From: Octopus sinensis
Taxonomy: Eukaryota
Assembly (NCBI RefSeq): GCF_006345805.1
Contig: NW_021832035.1
Coordinates: 124,001 to 188,000 of the forward strand
Reading direction: 5' to 3'
DNA: 64,000 bases
The position numbers and the translations under genes were made by a program. The notes under the pieces were generated by a model, which was not told the DNA's origin, made no database searches, and saw nothing but the letters and a program-made list of their open reading frames with translations. Below, piece after piece: positions 52,023 to 64,000 of the stretch (positions are counted from its first letter, which is position 1; the number at the start of each line of letters is the position of its first letter).

Positions 52023-53820
52023 TGTTTTGAATTGAATATGCATCATCTTATAACTTTGAGATTTTGATGATGCGATATTGTAAGGTAGATGTGATAGGAC
52101 AGATCTGACCAATGTTAACATAAAGCAGGTAGAATATTTGAGCCCGGTATGGCCAGCTGAAATGCTAAAGAACTAATCTGCAGTAATAATCATATCTTCT
52201 ATGGAATTCATTTCTCTGTACTCTCTATGATCTCCCCAACTTGTTTTGTGGACCTTTTTGTTCAGTGTTGTTCAAGCAGTTAAAAATTCAGATAAATCTG
52301 ATATGCTTAATTTCCTGAATATCTAGAGATCCCATTATGTGTTTTTATCGATCATTTAACAAGAAATGGGCCATTATCATATGCAATTTGTTTTGGGCAC
52401 CTGATTTTGAAATTGTATATGATTTACTTTAAAAAGGAAAGCAAGAGAGTGGAAAACAAAGCCTTGAACATCCACCACCACCACCACCATATTAATGTCC
52501 ACTTTCCTATGCTTGCCTGAGTCAGATGGGATTTGTTGGGGCAGGTTTCCTTTGGCCAAATGTCTTTTTTGTAACCACTTCTCACCTGTTTACTTGTTTC
52601 CAAATAAGGTTATATTTCCCCAGGGTTGGATACTCATTTACAAATACCATATGAAATCAAGGCAAGGAGACAGTAATGTAGACACACATTCACATGCATG
52701 TATATAGACACACACACACACTCACAGGTAATGAGTGTGTGGTGAGAAGTTTGTTTTCCAGCCACATGGTTCTGGATTCAGAGCCACTGCATGGCACTTT
52801 GGGCAAATCTCTTCTGTTACAGTTCTGTGAGTGGATTTGTTAGATGGAAACTGAAAGAAGCCTGTTTTGTGTGTATGAGTGTGTGTGCGTGTGTGTGTGT
52901 TCTTGTCTTGACATTGTGTGACAGTTGTAAATGAATGTCACTGTCATACAAGCAGTGTCGTTCATTTTCAATATTCTGCAAGAATGTGTTTGGCTTGGCA
53001 AAATATGATTATGCTTGGAAAGAAGTGAAGATTGGTGACAGGAAGGGCATCTGGTGATAGAAGATCTGCCTCAATAATAAACTCTGTCCAATCCATGCAA
53101 GCATGGACATGTGAATGTCAAAATGATCACACACACACGCACACAAAAGCAATCAGAATTAAGGTGGTGCTCTAGCATGGCCGGTCATGACTGAAACAAG
53201 TAAAAGAATAAAAGAATGTAATGGGCTTCTTTCAGATTCTATCAACTGAATCCCTGAAGGCATTGGTCAGCTCAAGGCTGTAGTAGAAGACATTTGCTTT
53301 AAGCGCCACACAGTGGGACTGAACCTGACGCCATGTGGTTGGAAGCAAACTTCTTTACCACATAGCCACTTCTGTGCTCACCTGTTTACTAAATACTTTA
53401 CTACAATCACTCTGGCTTCTATCTTATTTAGTTTATGAGCCAGTGCAAGCAATTTGTAATGTTGCTGAGATTGGCTTTATAAATCTCTTGAACACCATTA
53501 TCCATTTATATATGTAGTTTTGTCATCATTTATTAGAATGAGAAACTTATTGAAATCTTCTCCAACAAATACAAGACAGAATTGCTGTTTTTCACTCGCT
53601 TTGGTAGAAATAAAACACCTGTTAGTTCATAACCTTCTATAAATCTAGATTTCCTTGAACCAAAATCAGCTCTCTCACTTCTGGTAATTTTGAACAGCAG
53701 TTTGTAATTTGGTCTACTGCTGCTAGAAAGTTGATTTCATCAATGCATCTATTATATTATAAGAGATGCATAATCATACTTCCCCAAGCTAAGCACGTTC
53801 TTGCAAAATATTGAAAATAT

Positions 53821-54075
53821 GGAGGCACATGGCCTAGTGGTTAGAGCAGCGGACTTGCGCTCGAGGGATCACAGGTTTGAATCTCAGACCAGGCGATGTG
53901 TGTGTTTATCAGTGAAACACCTAAGCTCCACACTGCTCCGGCAGAAGGTAATGGCGAACTTCTGCTGACTCTTTCGCCACAACTTTCTCTCACTCTTTCC
54001 TCCTGCATCTTGCAGCTCACCTGCGGCGGACTGGCATCCCATCCAAGTGGGGAACCTATACGCCAAGGAAGCTGG
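53821..54075 (+). mobile_element. SINE family D
   Basis: tRNA-like head followed by the family D body. Confidence 0.85.
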
Positions 54076-54864
54076 TCGGTGCACTGACCTAGAGCACTTT
54101 ATTATATTAGGTTGGATTGGATTGGATTACCTATGTTCAGTCCAATGCAAGACAAAGGCCTCAGCATGTTCTCTCTACCAACCACAGTCTGATGTGGAGG
54201 CTGTGAATTTGAGCTTGAGATCATACTGGTTTGATGAACCCACTCTACCAAACTGACTTGCCATGCCTTGACAGAGGGATGTAATTTTTTTATACTCTTA
54301 GCCAAGGGTAGTAAAGTCAATTACATCAACCCCAGTTCTTAACTGGTACTTTTTGTATTGTCCCCCAAAAGGCTGAAAGGCAAAGTCAACCTCATCAGAA
54401 TTTGAGCTCAGAACATTAGGATGTATGATATACTGCTAAGCATTTTACTCAGTGTGCAAAGGATTCTGCCAGCTCACTGCCTATATATTAAATTATAAAA
54501 TTATAATACATATAGTCATCTTACACTGTAGACCTCCTACAAGAAAGTCTACTTGATTGCTCTATCAACATAATTCCAGATGCAGGTTTCATGTACATAG
54601 TTCTCTGTTTCTGTTGAGGAGATTGTGGAGTAAAACATAGTGAAAAGGAGTGAGGAGGAGGGAAATATCAACCTATTTAGAAGACAATTCCATGACCTTG
54701 CAGATCCATGTAAGATAATTAGAACTTTAAAATATTTTTTAACAATGCTAACCAAAACAATGGTCATGCCATTTCAACATCTATTTTTCATTTCTTTAAA
54801 ACATCATCTGTTATATTCCCAAAGAGATTATACAGCTTATACAAAATTATTTGGCTTTTTATAT

Positions 54865-55067
54865 CTATATATACATATATACATATATATATATATATAC
54901 ATATATGTATGTATATGTATGTATGTATATGTATGTATATGTATGTATGTATATGTATATGTATGTATATGTATGTATATGTATATGTATGTATATGTAT
55001 GTATATGTATGTATATGTATGTATATGTATATGTATGTATATGTATATATATATATGTATGTATATG

Positions 55068-55099
<32 letters not shown>

Positions 55100-55178
55100 T
55101 ATGTATATGTATGTATATATGTATATGTATGTATATATATGTATATGTATGTATATATATGTATATGTATATGTATGT

Positions 55179-55228
<50 letters not shown>

Positions 55229-55347
55229 ATATATATATTATTGGAAAGCGGACGTTAAACGATGATGATGATGTATGTATATGTATGTATATGTATATAT
55301 ATATATGTATGTATATCTATGTATATGTATGTATATGTATATATATA

Positions 55348-55400
<53 letters not shown>
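54865..55400. repeat. (TATG/TA)n microsatellite containing a 32-nt family A tail at 55242-55273
   Basis: Direct inspection. Confidence 0.95.
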
Positions 55401-55404
<4 letters not shown>

Positions 55405-55989
55405 TTCCTTTGTTTTCTGTTTACGTTTAAAAACAATAGCAATAACAATAAGTATTCTAATTTATTCATATTTTAATGAAAAGTCAGTCGTCAAGAGATT
55501 AAGCAGGAAGTTAAGTTTTCAGATTTTTTAGCAGATTCCAGAAAGAATTATAATGATTTCCAATGGAATTTTCATCTTTTGATCCATCTGGTTTTGTGAA
55601 GGATCATTAGAGATTGTGATTAAAATAACAATATACTTCAATCAACAATTTCATTTTCTAATCTACAGCAGAGTTAAGTCCTATTTAAGCTTGTGTGAAA
55701 TTAAAAATTCCTAATTCTTCTTCAGCAAAATGCAGCTCATCTACAGGTTCTCATTTCAACCTTGATTTCTCGTTTATGGACAAAAGCTTCAGTACCAACA
55801 TGTTAGTTCATTATAATCCCAAATTATTGAGATAATGTCATTTTTAAATTGCTAGTGTTATAATTTTTTTTTTTGTTATTATACAGCGTGCGTGCTTAAC
55901 CATGTGTTTACTTTGTTTAAACTGAATCTTACTGCTATACTCTTACTAACACTGAAACCACTGGTGCCATCCTGTACACACTGTTTGAT

Positions 55990-56171
55990 AGGTGCAGGAG
56001 TGGCTGTGTGGTAAGTAGCTTGCTTACCAACCACATGGTTCCGCGTTCATTCCCACTGTGTAGCACCTTAGGCAAATATCTTCTACTATAGCCTCGGGCC
56101 GACCAAAGCCTTGTTAGTGGATTTGGTAGACAGAAACTGAAATAAGCCTGTTGTATATATGTGTATGTATG

Positions 56172-56212
<41 letters not shown>

Positions 56213-56421
56213 ATATGTTTCTGTGTCTGGTTTGTCCCTCCCAACATCGCTTCACAACCGATGGTGGTGTGTTTATGTCCCCATAACTTAGCGGTTCGGC
56301 AAAAGAGATCAATAGAATAAGTACTAGGCTTCCAAAGAATGAGTCCTGTGGTCGATTTGTTCAACTAAAAGGCGGTGCTCCAGCATGGCCACAGTCAAAT
56401 GACTGAAACGAGTAAAAGAGT
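55990..56421 (+). mobile_element. SINE family C, full length
   Basis: Matches 37718-38112. Confidence 0.9.
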
Positions 56422-56719
56422 ACTACAAAACATATCGATAGTTTTATTTATTCATTCGTTCTCATTTTTTTGCTTTCACTCTGTTATGATGAATGTAAAG
56501 TATGTGTCTGTATATATATATACAATATTTTCATGGACAGGAAAACAGAAAACATCTAAATACCATGTTTCAATGAAAATTATTTTCTATGCAATGTCTG
56601 AGTCTCTATTTGCTGTCTGGCAATGTTTATTCAGACGCATTTTGTGATGTCGGGCGCGACATCACCATCATCTTTATCACTTTGATTTTCTCAGTCACTA
56701 ACTTAACATCACCAATGTT

Positions 56720-58310
56720 TTGGTGGTTGCCAGTGCCACTGGACTGGCTCCTGTGCAGGTGGCACGTAAAGAGCACCATTTGAGCGTGGCCATTGCCATT
56801 ACCGCCTGACTGGCCCTCGTGCTGGTGGCACGTAAAAGCACCCACTACACTCTTTGAGTGGTTGGCGTTACGAAGGGCATCCAGCTGTAGAAACTCTGCC
56901 AGATCAGATTGGAGTCTGGTGCAGCCATCTGGTTCACCAGTCTTCAGTTAAATCATCCAACCCATGCTAGCATGGAAAGCGGACATTAAACGATGAATGA
57001 TGAAACCCCGACAACTTCTCTGTACAATCAAGTCCTTTGTTCTTTGTATCTTCAATTAATAACTTTTCATTTCCATGCTATCTATTTGGTAATAAATAAT
57101 GTGGAGAATTTGATTTTAATTAAAAAGAAGAAAAAGCTCAATCATTCCGAAAATGTGATGCAACAGTTCAATAACTTCGCATTTGTTTTTCCAAAATTTA
57201 ACATATAGTCACAGACGTAGCTGTGTGCTAAGAATTTAGATTCTCAACCTCATGGTCCTGGGTTCAGTCCCATAGTGTGGCACCTTGGACAAGTGTCTTC
57301 TGTTATAGTCTTAGGGTGATCAAAGTTTTGTGAGTGGCTTAGGAGACAGAAACTGAAAGAAGCCCATCAGGTATATGCGTCTGTGCATTTGTGTCTTGTG
57401 TTTGACAACCAGTGTTGGTGCTTTTATTTCCCCATAACTTAGCAGTTCAGCAGAACAGACCAATAGAATAAGTACCAGGCTTAAAAAAATAAAGGATTGA
57501 GGTTAATTCATTTGACTAAAATTCCTCAAGGTGATGCCCCAGCATGGCCATTATCTAATGACTGAAACAACTAGATGGTGGAGTAAACATGTGCAAAACG
57601 AAAAATTATTGCTTTGTGTCACATCTCATGTTTCTTCATTTCTGTCTTGAGTATTATGGGTGTAAAGTTTTGTCATTTCCAATATGATCCTGTTTAGTGT
57701 CAGAGTTAATATTGAGGAGACCTATTGCGTCAAGTACGTCAACGCCAACATCAAAATAAAAATCAAATGGAAATTGTAGTTATGATACCTGTGCCGGTGG
57801 CACATAAAAAGCACCCCCCAAATGTGGCTGATGCCAGCGTTGCCTGACTGGTGTTCGTGTCGGTGACATGTAAAAAGCACCCGCTACACTCATGGAGTGG
57901 TTGGCGTTAGGAAGGCATCCAGCCATAGAAACGCTGCCAGATCAGACTGGAGCCTGGTACAGCCTCCTGGCTTCCCAGACCCCAGTCGAACTGTCCAACC
58001 CATGCTAGCATGGAAAACGGGCGTTAAACGATGATGATGATGATATAGAATATTTGCTTCAGGGTTCAGTGTATGTTGTCTATCAGCTTTCATTTCAGAT
58101 TGATGTGTAAGGTGTGAAGCTGGCAGAATCATTAGCATGCCAGACAAAATACTCAAGTGGCATTTCATGTCTTTATGTTCTGAGTTCAAATTCTGCTGAG
58201 GTCCACTTTGCTTTTCTTCTTTTTGGGACCAATAAGATAAGTAACAGTTGAGCATGGGGATTGATGTTATCAACTTACTCCATCCCCCAAAATTGCAGGC
58301 CTTGTGCCAT
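56720..58310 (+). mobile_element. SINE cluster: A (56720-57003), C (57210-57575), A (57730-58044), B (58110-58310)
   Basis: Family-diagnostic motifs. Confidence 0.8.
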
Positions 58311-58448
58311 AATTCGACACCAATATTAGGCTACTGTGTCTTTTATTTTGTTGTTAGTCTTTTCGGCAAGAAGAATTGTTCTATTGTAGACAATGAGTTT
58401 AGTGTATTAGAGGGATTATAGAAAAAAGTTTATCATATGGTTTATCTT

Positions 58449-58760
58449 GGAGGTACAATGGCCCAGTGGTTAGGGCAGCGGACTCGTGGTCAGAGGATCA
58501 GTTTTGATTCCCAGACCGGGCGTTGTGTGTGTTTATTGAGCGAAAACACCTAAAGCTCCACGAGGCTCCGGCAGGGGTTGGTGGCGATCCCTGTTGTACT
58601 CTTTCGCCACAACTTTCTCTCACTCTCTCTTCCTGTTTCTTGAGTAACGCTGCGATGGATTGGCGTCCCGTCCAGCTGTGGGGAACACATACACCATAGA
58701 AACCGGGAAACTGGGCCCATGAGCCTGACTAGGCTTGAAAAGGGTGCATAAATAAAAAAT
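58449..58760 (+). mobile_element. SINE family D subfamily, full length
   Basis: Head GGAGGTACAATGGCCCAGTGGTTAGGGCAGCGGACTCG; A-rich tail; degenerate TSD ATATGG(T/A)TTATC. Confidence 0.85.
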
Positions 58761-59294
58761 AAAAATATGGATTATCACTGTAATATGTAATTCTGTAAAT
58801 TTGTTTGCATCAACAAGTTACTACATCCTAATCTCAGTTTCCTGAACCACTCAACTTCAGCATAGGAAAGTGGAACATTTAATGTTTCCTTTTTATATAA
58901 AGATAATTATGAAATCAATCAATAAATATGATACATCAAGATTAAAACCCAATAGCAGAGAATGTCCATAAAGATGACAATCACGAATGACTTGTTAAAA
59001 AAATATAGTCATTGGTGGGAACACTAGATGAATTTTACAAGATCAAGAGGAAAATACAGTAAAACAAGATAAGGATGCCAATATTTTTTAAAAATCTGAT
59101 CTGGTCTATGAGGACTAAAACTGTTCTATGTAGCTTCTACAACAACAAATGTTTTACAAGCCAATGGTGGGACCTCTAAGTGGTTGTTTCAGCCTATTAG
59201 AAATAGCAGTCAAATCTCCTCCACCACATACACACACTGAATTGAATTTTAAAAAGTGGACCATGTGTATAAAATATTTGAAAAATAGATGACA

Positions 59295-59505
59295 CACAAG
59301 GTATATTCCATAAATTTTGCCACTCTTTCAGGTGAGACATTTATTAATTTCAAAGTAGGGTCCCCTGATTGCAATGCACTTGTAGTGCCCTGGTCCACTT
59401 CGTGAAGATCCCATGAAACTCCCCCAAATGTGAAGGTTCTAGGATCCTTGTCACAGCCTCCTTAATCTTCTCCGTGTCTTCAAAACAAATTCCCTTCATT
59501 TGAAA
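59295..59505 (-). mobile_element. mariner 3' relic
   Basis: Minus-strand MKGICFEDTEKIKEAVTRIL / EFHGIFTKW / YKCIAIRG, a mariner C-terminus with frameshifts. Confidence 0.7.
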
Positions 59506-59571
59506 CACTTCGATGCATTTATTTACATTATTTACATTCGATGGATATTTGTCCTCATCTTGTTTGTTGTT

Positions 59572-59617
59572 AACACAATGTTTCGGCTGATATACCCTCC
59601 AGCCTTCATCAGGTGTC
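59572..59617 (-). ncRNA. Minimal type I hammerhead ribozyme motif with canonical core, in a Penelope-like fragment (about 59518-59640)
   Basis: Minus strand GACAC-CTGATGA-A-GGCTG-gagggtatat-CAGCC-GAAAC-ATT-GTGTT; GAAACAT is probably GAAACGT after CpG decay. Confidence 0.75.
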
Positions 59618-59959
59618 TTGGGGAAATTTCGAACCTGGGTGTCAACAATCTCATTTCAATTATAAATTGAAATATTATAGTTTGAACTTTATATTTTGTT
59701 TCAGATCAAAAGTTTACAAAATCTCTTGATCATCATTTCACTCAATACTTTGATCTATCCATGCCATCATCATATGTATAGACATTCCTCACTTGCACAA
59801 TGTGACTAAATGAGACTATATAAAGCTGCAATAACTATTATATTCAAAACTAATTACCTATTCTTAATGTTTTTTATATATTTGCAGATTTTACTTTTAA
59901 CTTTTTAAAGTTATATCTGACACAGTTGTCTCTACACCTGTACTTATGTTTGGGACTAC

Positions 59960-60100
59960 ATCAGTACTTATCGTAGGCACTACACCTGTTTCTATAGTTG
60001 GCCTTTCACTTGTTTCTATAGTTGGCCTTACACCTGTTTCTATAGTTGGCCTTATACCTGTTTCTATGGTTGGACCTATACCTGTGGCTCTTGTTGGCCC
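59960..60100. repeat. 24-bp tandem repeat (PTIETGVR-like on the minus strand)
   Basis: ACCTGTTTCTATAGTTGGCCTTAC variants, about five units. Confidence 0.85.
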
Positions 60101-60349
60101 CATGCTTATATGATTGGTAATCACTAAATCTTTTGTTGTGGGTGTCACTACATCTGTTGTTATTACTCCTCTTATAGTTGTCGACACTCTAACAGTTACC
60201 ACTAAACTTATACTTGTGAGTACATTTAGACTTATAGTTATTTGTTGCTATGGTTCTTGTTATATTTAGACTTGTAGTTGCCTATTGTTGTGGTTGTTGC
60301 CACAACCATATTTTAGCTGAACTATATTACTGCGTAAATATTTTTACAA

Positions 60350-60810
60350 ATCAACACTTCTGTTGATCCAGTGTATAGAAGATTATACAATTTCTGTCGA
60401 TAATTCAATAGGTTTATTTCATAATACTGACAAATGAATTACAAATTATGCATGGAATTAATTGATGGTGGAAACATGTAATGCCAAATTAAATTATAAA
60501 GATTATGCAACCTATTGTAAACATGTCATCAAACCAATTAGGAAACATGATAAAAATGCAACAATCGAAATGCTCCCTTCAGTAAAATGGCTTGATGGCA
60601 TTCATAATATTTCGAATAAATAAAAACACCCAGAAAAGTTGTTTGCTAAAATGACATTATCAAAAATATGTAAGTTGTCAAAAAAATTTGAAATGTTGAA
60701 AATAGCCATTGCAAAGATTAGCATTACAAATAGAAATGATTCTACAACCCAAAAATTTTGCTGCTCATACTAATGAATGCAGCTGTTTAAAATCATTAAA
60801 ATTCCCTTCA
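60350..60810 (+). pseudogene. Possible decayed MULE/SWIM-type transposase
   Basis: About 140 codons with three internal stops, including VETCNAKL, then a shifted frame with NECSCLKSLKFP resembling the start of a SWIM finger; weak. Confidence 0.3.
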
Positions 60811-60904
60811 GTTTCTTCAATATAGGGGCCAGATATATGTATATGTATGTATAAAGGCAGATGAACACAAGTAGGCTTAATGCACATATATGCATGAGAT
60901 ACAG

Positions 60905-61383
60905 TATGCTGTGCGTGAGAAGACCCGGCAGGACAAGTGAGACCATAACCCATGGCCTCAGTCCACTTTTGCATACCTTTCCTTCTGGGGACACAAAACT
61001 CTACTTGTGAAGACCTGTTGAGGCAAGTGAAATCAAAATCAAAATCGATCAACATCAATGGAAATTGTAGCTGTGATACCAGTGCCAGTGACACATAAGA
61101 GAACCATTTGAACGTGGCCGTTACCACCGCCGCCCCGACTGGCTTCCGTGCCGGTGGCACGTAAAAAGCACCATCCGATCATGGCCGTTTGCCAGCCTTG
61201 TCTGGCACATAAAAAGCACCCACTTCACTCATGGAGTGGTTGGCGTTAGGAAGGGCATCCAGCCATAGAAACATTGCCAGATCAGACTGGGCCTGGTGCA
61301 GCCTTCTGGGTTCCCCGACCCCAGTTGCATCGTCCAACCCATGCCAGCATGGAAAGCGGACGCTAAACGATGATGATGATGAT
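60905..61383 (+). mobile_element. SINE-like family A with extended 5' region
   Basis: Family modules and (GAT)n tail. Confidence 0.85.
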
Positions 61384-61887
61384 ACAGAATATAGAGTAAA
61401 GAACAAGAAAATTGCATGAAAGTGGTGTCAGACGTGGCATGCAGGCCATCATATAACTTGTTTTATTCCTCTCTTTCATTTCATTTTGACTTGCGCATTG
61501 CATTTTTATTTTTCTCTTTCATTTTACGAATTCAGTTTGCACATGCACATTGCATGTTCATACTTCTCTTTCTGGTTCATACTCAAAGCTATTTTCAGAT
61601 CACGACCATCTCACGAATCTGCAGTCGTGAGGAAGGAGTGCTTCATGCTCCAATGGTTGTGAAGTAAAGTAACCGAAAGGAGTGGGTGTGTAAGCTCATT
61701 CATGCATAAGAAAGATCCACGATGCAGTAGATATATATATATATATATATATATAAATTCCTACTTTCAACACCAGATGCATCTGCCCTGTATGAAGGAG
61801 TTGGATTTTAAGTTCTCATCTACCTGAGCACTACCCTGTGGATATTTATACTACACTTGCTTTGTGTGTGTTTGCTCACACACACTC

Positions 61888-61922
<35 letters not shown>

Positions 61923-62004
61923 TTTCCAAGAAAGGTAGAGGTTGTGAATACAACCAATTAAGGGATAATATCTATCCAATATACTGCTGGTCGAATACCC
62001 AATT

Positions 62005-62287
62005 ATTAATAAACAAGTGTTTTTTATTGCATTGCAATTACATTACCGAGTGTACTAAATGGGTGAAGGTAAAGAGATATTTTACCATTAATTTATAGAG
62101 CAATAAGAAAATGGAGGAGATCAACAGGTGGTATTCATCAACTTTTAGACATTATGTTATGTTAACTTATTTATTTATTTACTAAAATGACAATTACAAG
62201 AATATTTAAGTAAATAAATAAGTGACAATAATATAATGTCTAAAAGTTGGATGAACCACCTATTGATCCCCTCCATTTTCTTATTGC
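62005..62287. mobile_element. Fold-back element, probably Penelope-like
   Basis: Diverged inverted arms 62100-62188 / 62204-62287, next to microsatellites. Confidence 0.5.
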
Positions 62288-62321
<34 letters not shown>

Positions 62322-62380
62322 CTATTATATATATATATATATATATTATCTATATATATATATATAATATATATATATAT

Positions 62381-63201
62381 ATAAGAATGAATGTTTTTAT
62401 ATATAATGAACGTGAAATACAGGAAGGGACGAACACGGAACACAGACAAATCATTCGAAGCCTTCAATCTTCAGTCAGACACCGAATCATCATAGCAAAT
62501 TTCGGCTGTTCAATTCTGATATTTGCTCCAACTCGGCCAGCCCCAGAAAAAAAAACTAAGCTGTAAGCATTAGATTTCTTGGTAGAAGACAGGAATGTGA
62601 ACGCACAAGACGGATGTGAATACAAGAGACGAAAACGAAATTGAAAACAGTAATGAATAAACAAAATATATATAACGGTGTTGTCATACGACTTTAGACC
62701 AAATGAGACAAAACAACAACAACATAGCAGCTGGCGTAGAAATAATTACCGTTTCGGTTAGCGGGGACCTGTTGGTCGAGATACGAAGGCCAACAGAATG
62801 GTTGAAGAAGCAGCAGGTCGCAGGAGAGAGAAGAAAGAGAGACAGAGAGAGAGGGAATCAAAGAGGGTGGAAGGCAGGGGACAGAATCAGTGACCACGAG
62901 AGAAGGAGAAAGAAGGGATTAAGGAGGATGGGAGGAAGAGGGGAGGAGGATGGGAGGAAGAGAGGGGAAGAATCGGAGGGCGCCAAAAGTTGGTGAAGAA
63001 GCAATGGCGGGTAGTAACAGACAGTGTGTATAGAAGTCGTGCAGGGTTTAAAATTGGACAAACAAACGGGGGGGTGCACGTAACGCGCAATAATATAAGA
63101 ATGAATGTTTTTATATATAATGAACGTGAAATACAGGAAGGGACGAACACGGAACACAGACAAATCATATCGAGCCTTCAATCTTCAGTCAGACACCGAA
63201 T
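62381..63201 (-). mobile_element. Non-coding element with 107-bp direct terminal repeats in (TA)n (Penelope pLTR- or retrozyme-like)
   Basis: 62381-62487 matches 63095-63201 (period 714 bp); each repeat has CTGAAGA...GA on the minus strand; no TG..CA ends. Confidence 0.6.
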
Positions 63202-63226
63202 ATATATATATATATATATATAATAT

Positions 63227-63269
<43 letters not shown>

Positions 63270-63271
63270 AT

Positions 63272-63500
63272 ATGTTACAATTACTCAATAGTCACGATAA
63301 AACTCTGAGTTTCAGATGCCGAAGTTGAAATCCACAACACCATCTCTTCGATGTTGTGGATTTCCACTTCGGAATCTGAAACTCAGAGTTTTATCTTGAC
63401 TATTGAGTAATTGCAACCTATTTTATAGATAAATTTCCTCTATTTACATAATATTGAGGTGTCTTTCTTCTTTTGTTATCTTACCGTTTTTACCAATATA
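63272..63500. mobile_element. Penelope-like fold-back fragment
   Basis: Inverted arms about 63274-63338 / 63353-63417, both containing GAAACTCAGAGTT (hammerhead GAAA plus stem III). Confidence 0.6.
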
Positions 63501-63789
63501 TATATATATATTATATATATAATATTATATATATATAATATGTATGTATATATATTTAAAGAAAAGAACATGGACATTGATTTGGTACTCCTTTATTTCA
63601 GTTGTTACATATGTTTCAATAGTCAGCAATATATTTCCTATATAACTATCTGACCATGTTTTTGCTCCCCATGCTGGCAACTGCAGGGTGCATCTATTTG
63701 TTGCATCTATGGTGTGATGTCATATGTTACTAAATATTGGTTTCAAATTTTGGCACAAGGTCAGAAAGTTCAGAGGAGAGAGACAGAGA

Positions 63790-64000
63790 TAGTCAATTAC
63801 ATCGACCTCAGTACACAACTGGTACTTATTTTATTGATCATGAAAAGATGAAAGGCAAAGTTGAACTCAGCAGTATTTGAACTCGGAATGTAACAACTGA
63901 TTACTGAATAAGGCGGCGAGCTGGCAGAAACGTTAGCACGCCAGGCGAAATGCTTAGTGGTATTTCGTTTGCGTTACGTTGTGAGTTTAAATTCCGCCGA
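63790..64000. mobile_element. Two family B SINE fragments head to head (-, then +, running off the window)
   Basis: Family B core on the minus strand; GGCGGCGAGCTGGCAGAAACG head at about 63912. Confidence 0.85.

Noticed and set aside
53821-53895. tRNA genes at SINE heads (also 58449 and 39900-39977)
   Set aside because: No complete acceptor stem or Pol III terminator; each continues into a repeated SINE body.
61590-61670. Possible exon after TTTTCAG (similar acceptors at 17870 and 59887)
   Set aside because: Nearby frames close quickly or lack recognisable similarity, and such acceptors are common in AT-rich DNA.

Overview
AT-rich eukaryotic DNA with no intact protein-coding gene that I can support. 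The dense tRNA-derived SINEs, (GAT)n-tailed elements and (TA)/(CA)/(TATG) microsatellites suggest an octopus (cephalopod) genome; this is inference. The window is a mosaic of about five SINE-like families, DNA-transposon relics (mariner, pogo/Tigger, hAT, piggyBac, Helitron), LINE relics (RTE, HERO/NeSL-like), two solo LTRs, local duplications and a decayed U6 snRNA copy. Almost all ORFs in the supplied track are microsatellite or TE artefacts. The best lead is a set of short Penelope-like fold-back inserts, several with target-site duplications (TSDs), that carry minimal type I hammerhead-ribozyme motifs. In these the 3-8 core tertiary pair differs between related families: G3-C8 at 3952, U3-A8 at 10072, and C3-G8 at 32996 and 59572. 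Other leads are a TTAA-flanked fold-back element whose loop is a 72-nt tRNA-like cloverleaf (20003-20183), locally templated insertions, a nascent chimeric satellite, and a strong strand bias of one SINE family. All alignments and folds were done by eye; coordinates of degenerate elements are approximate.
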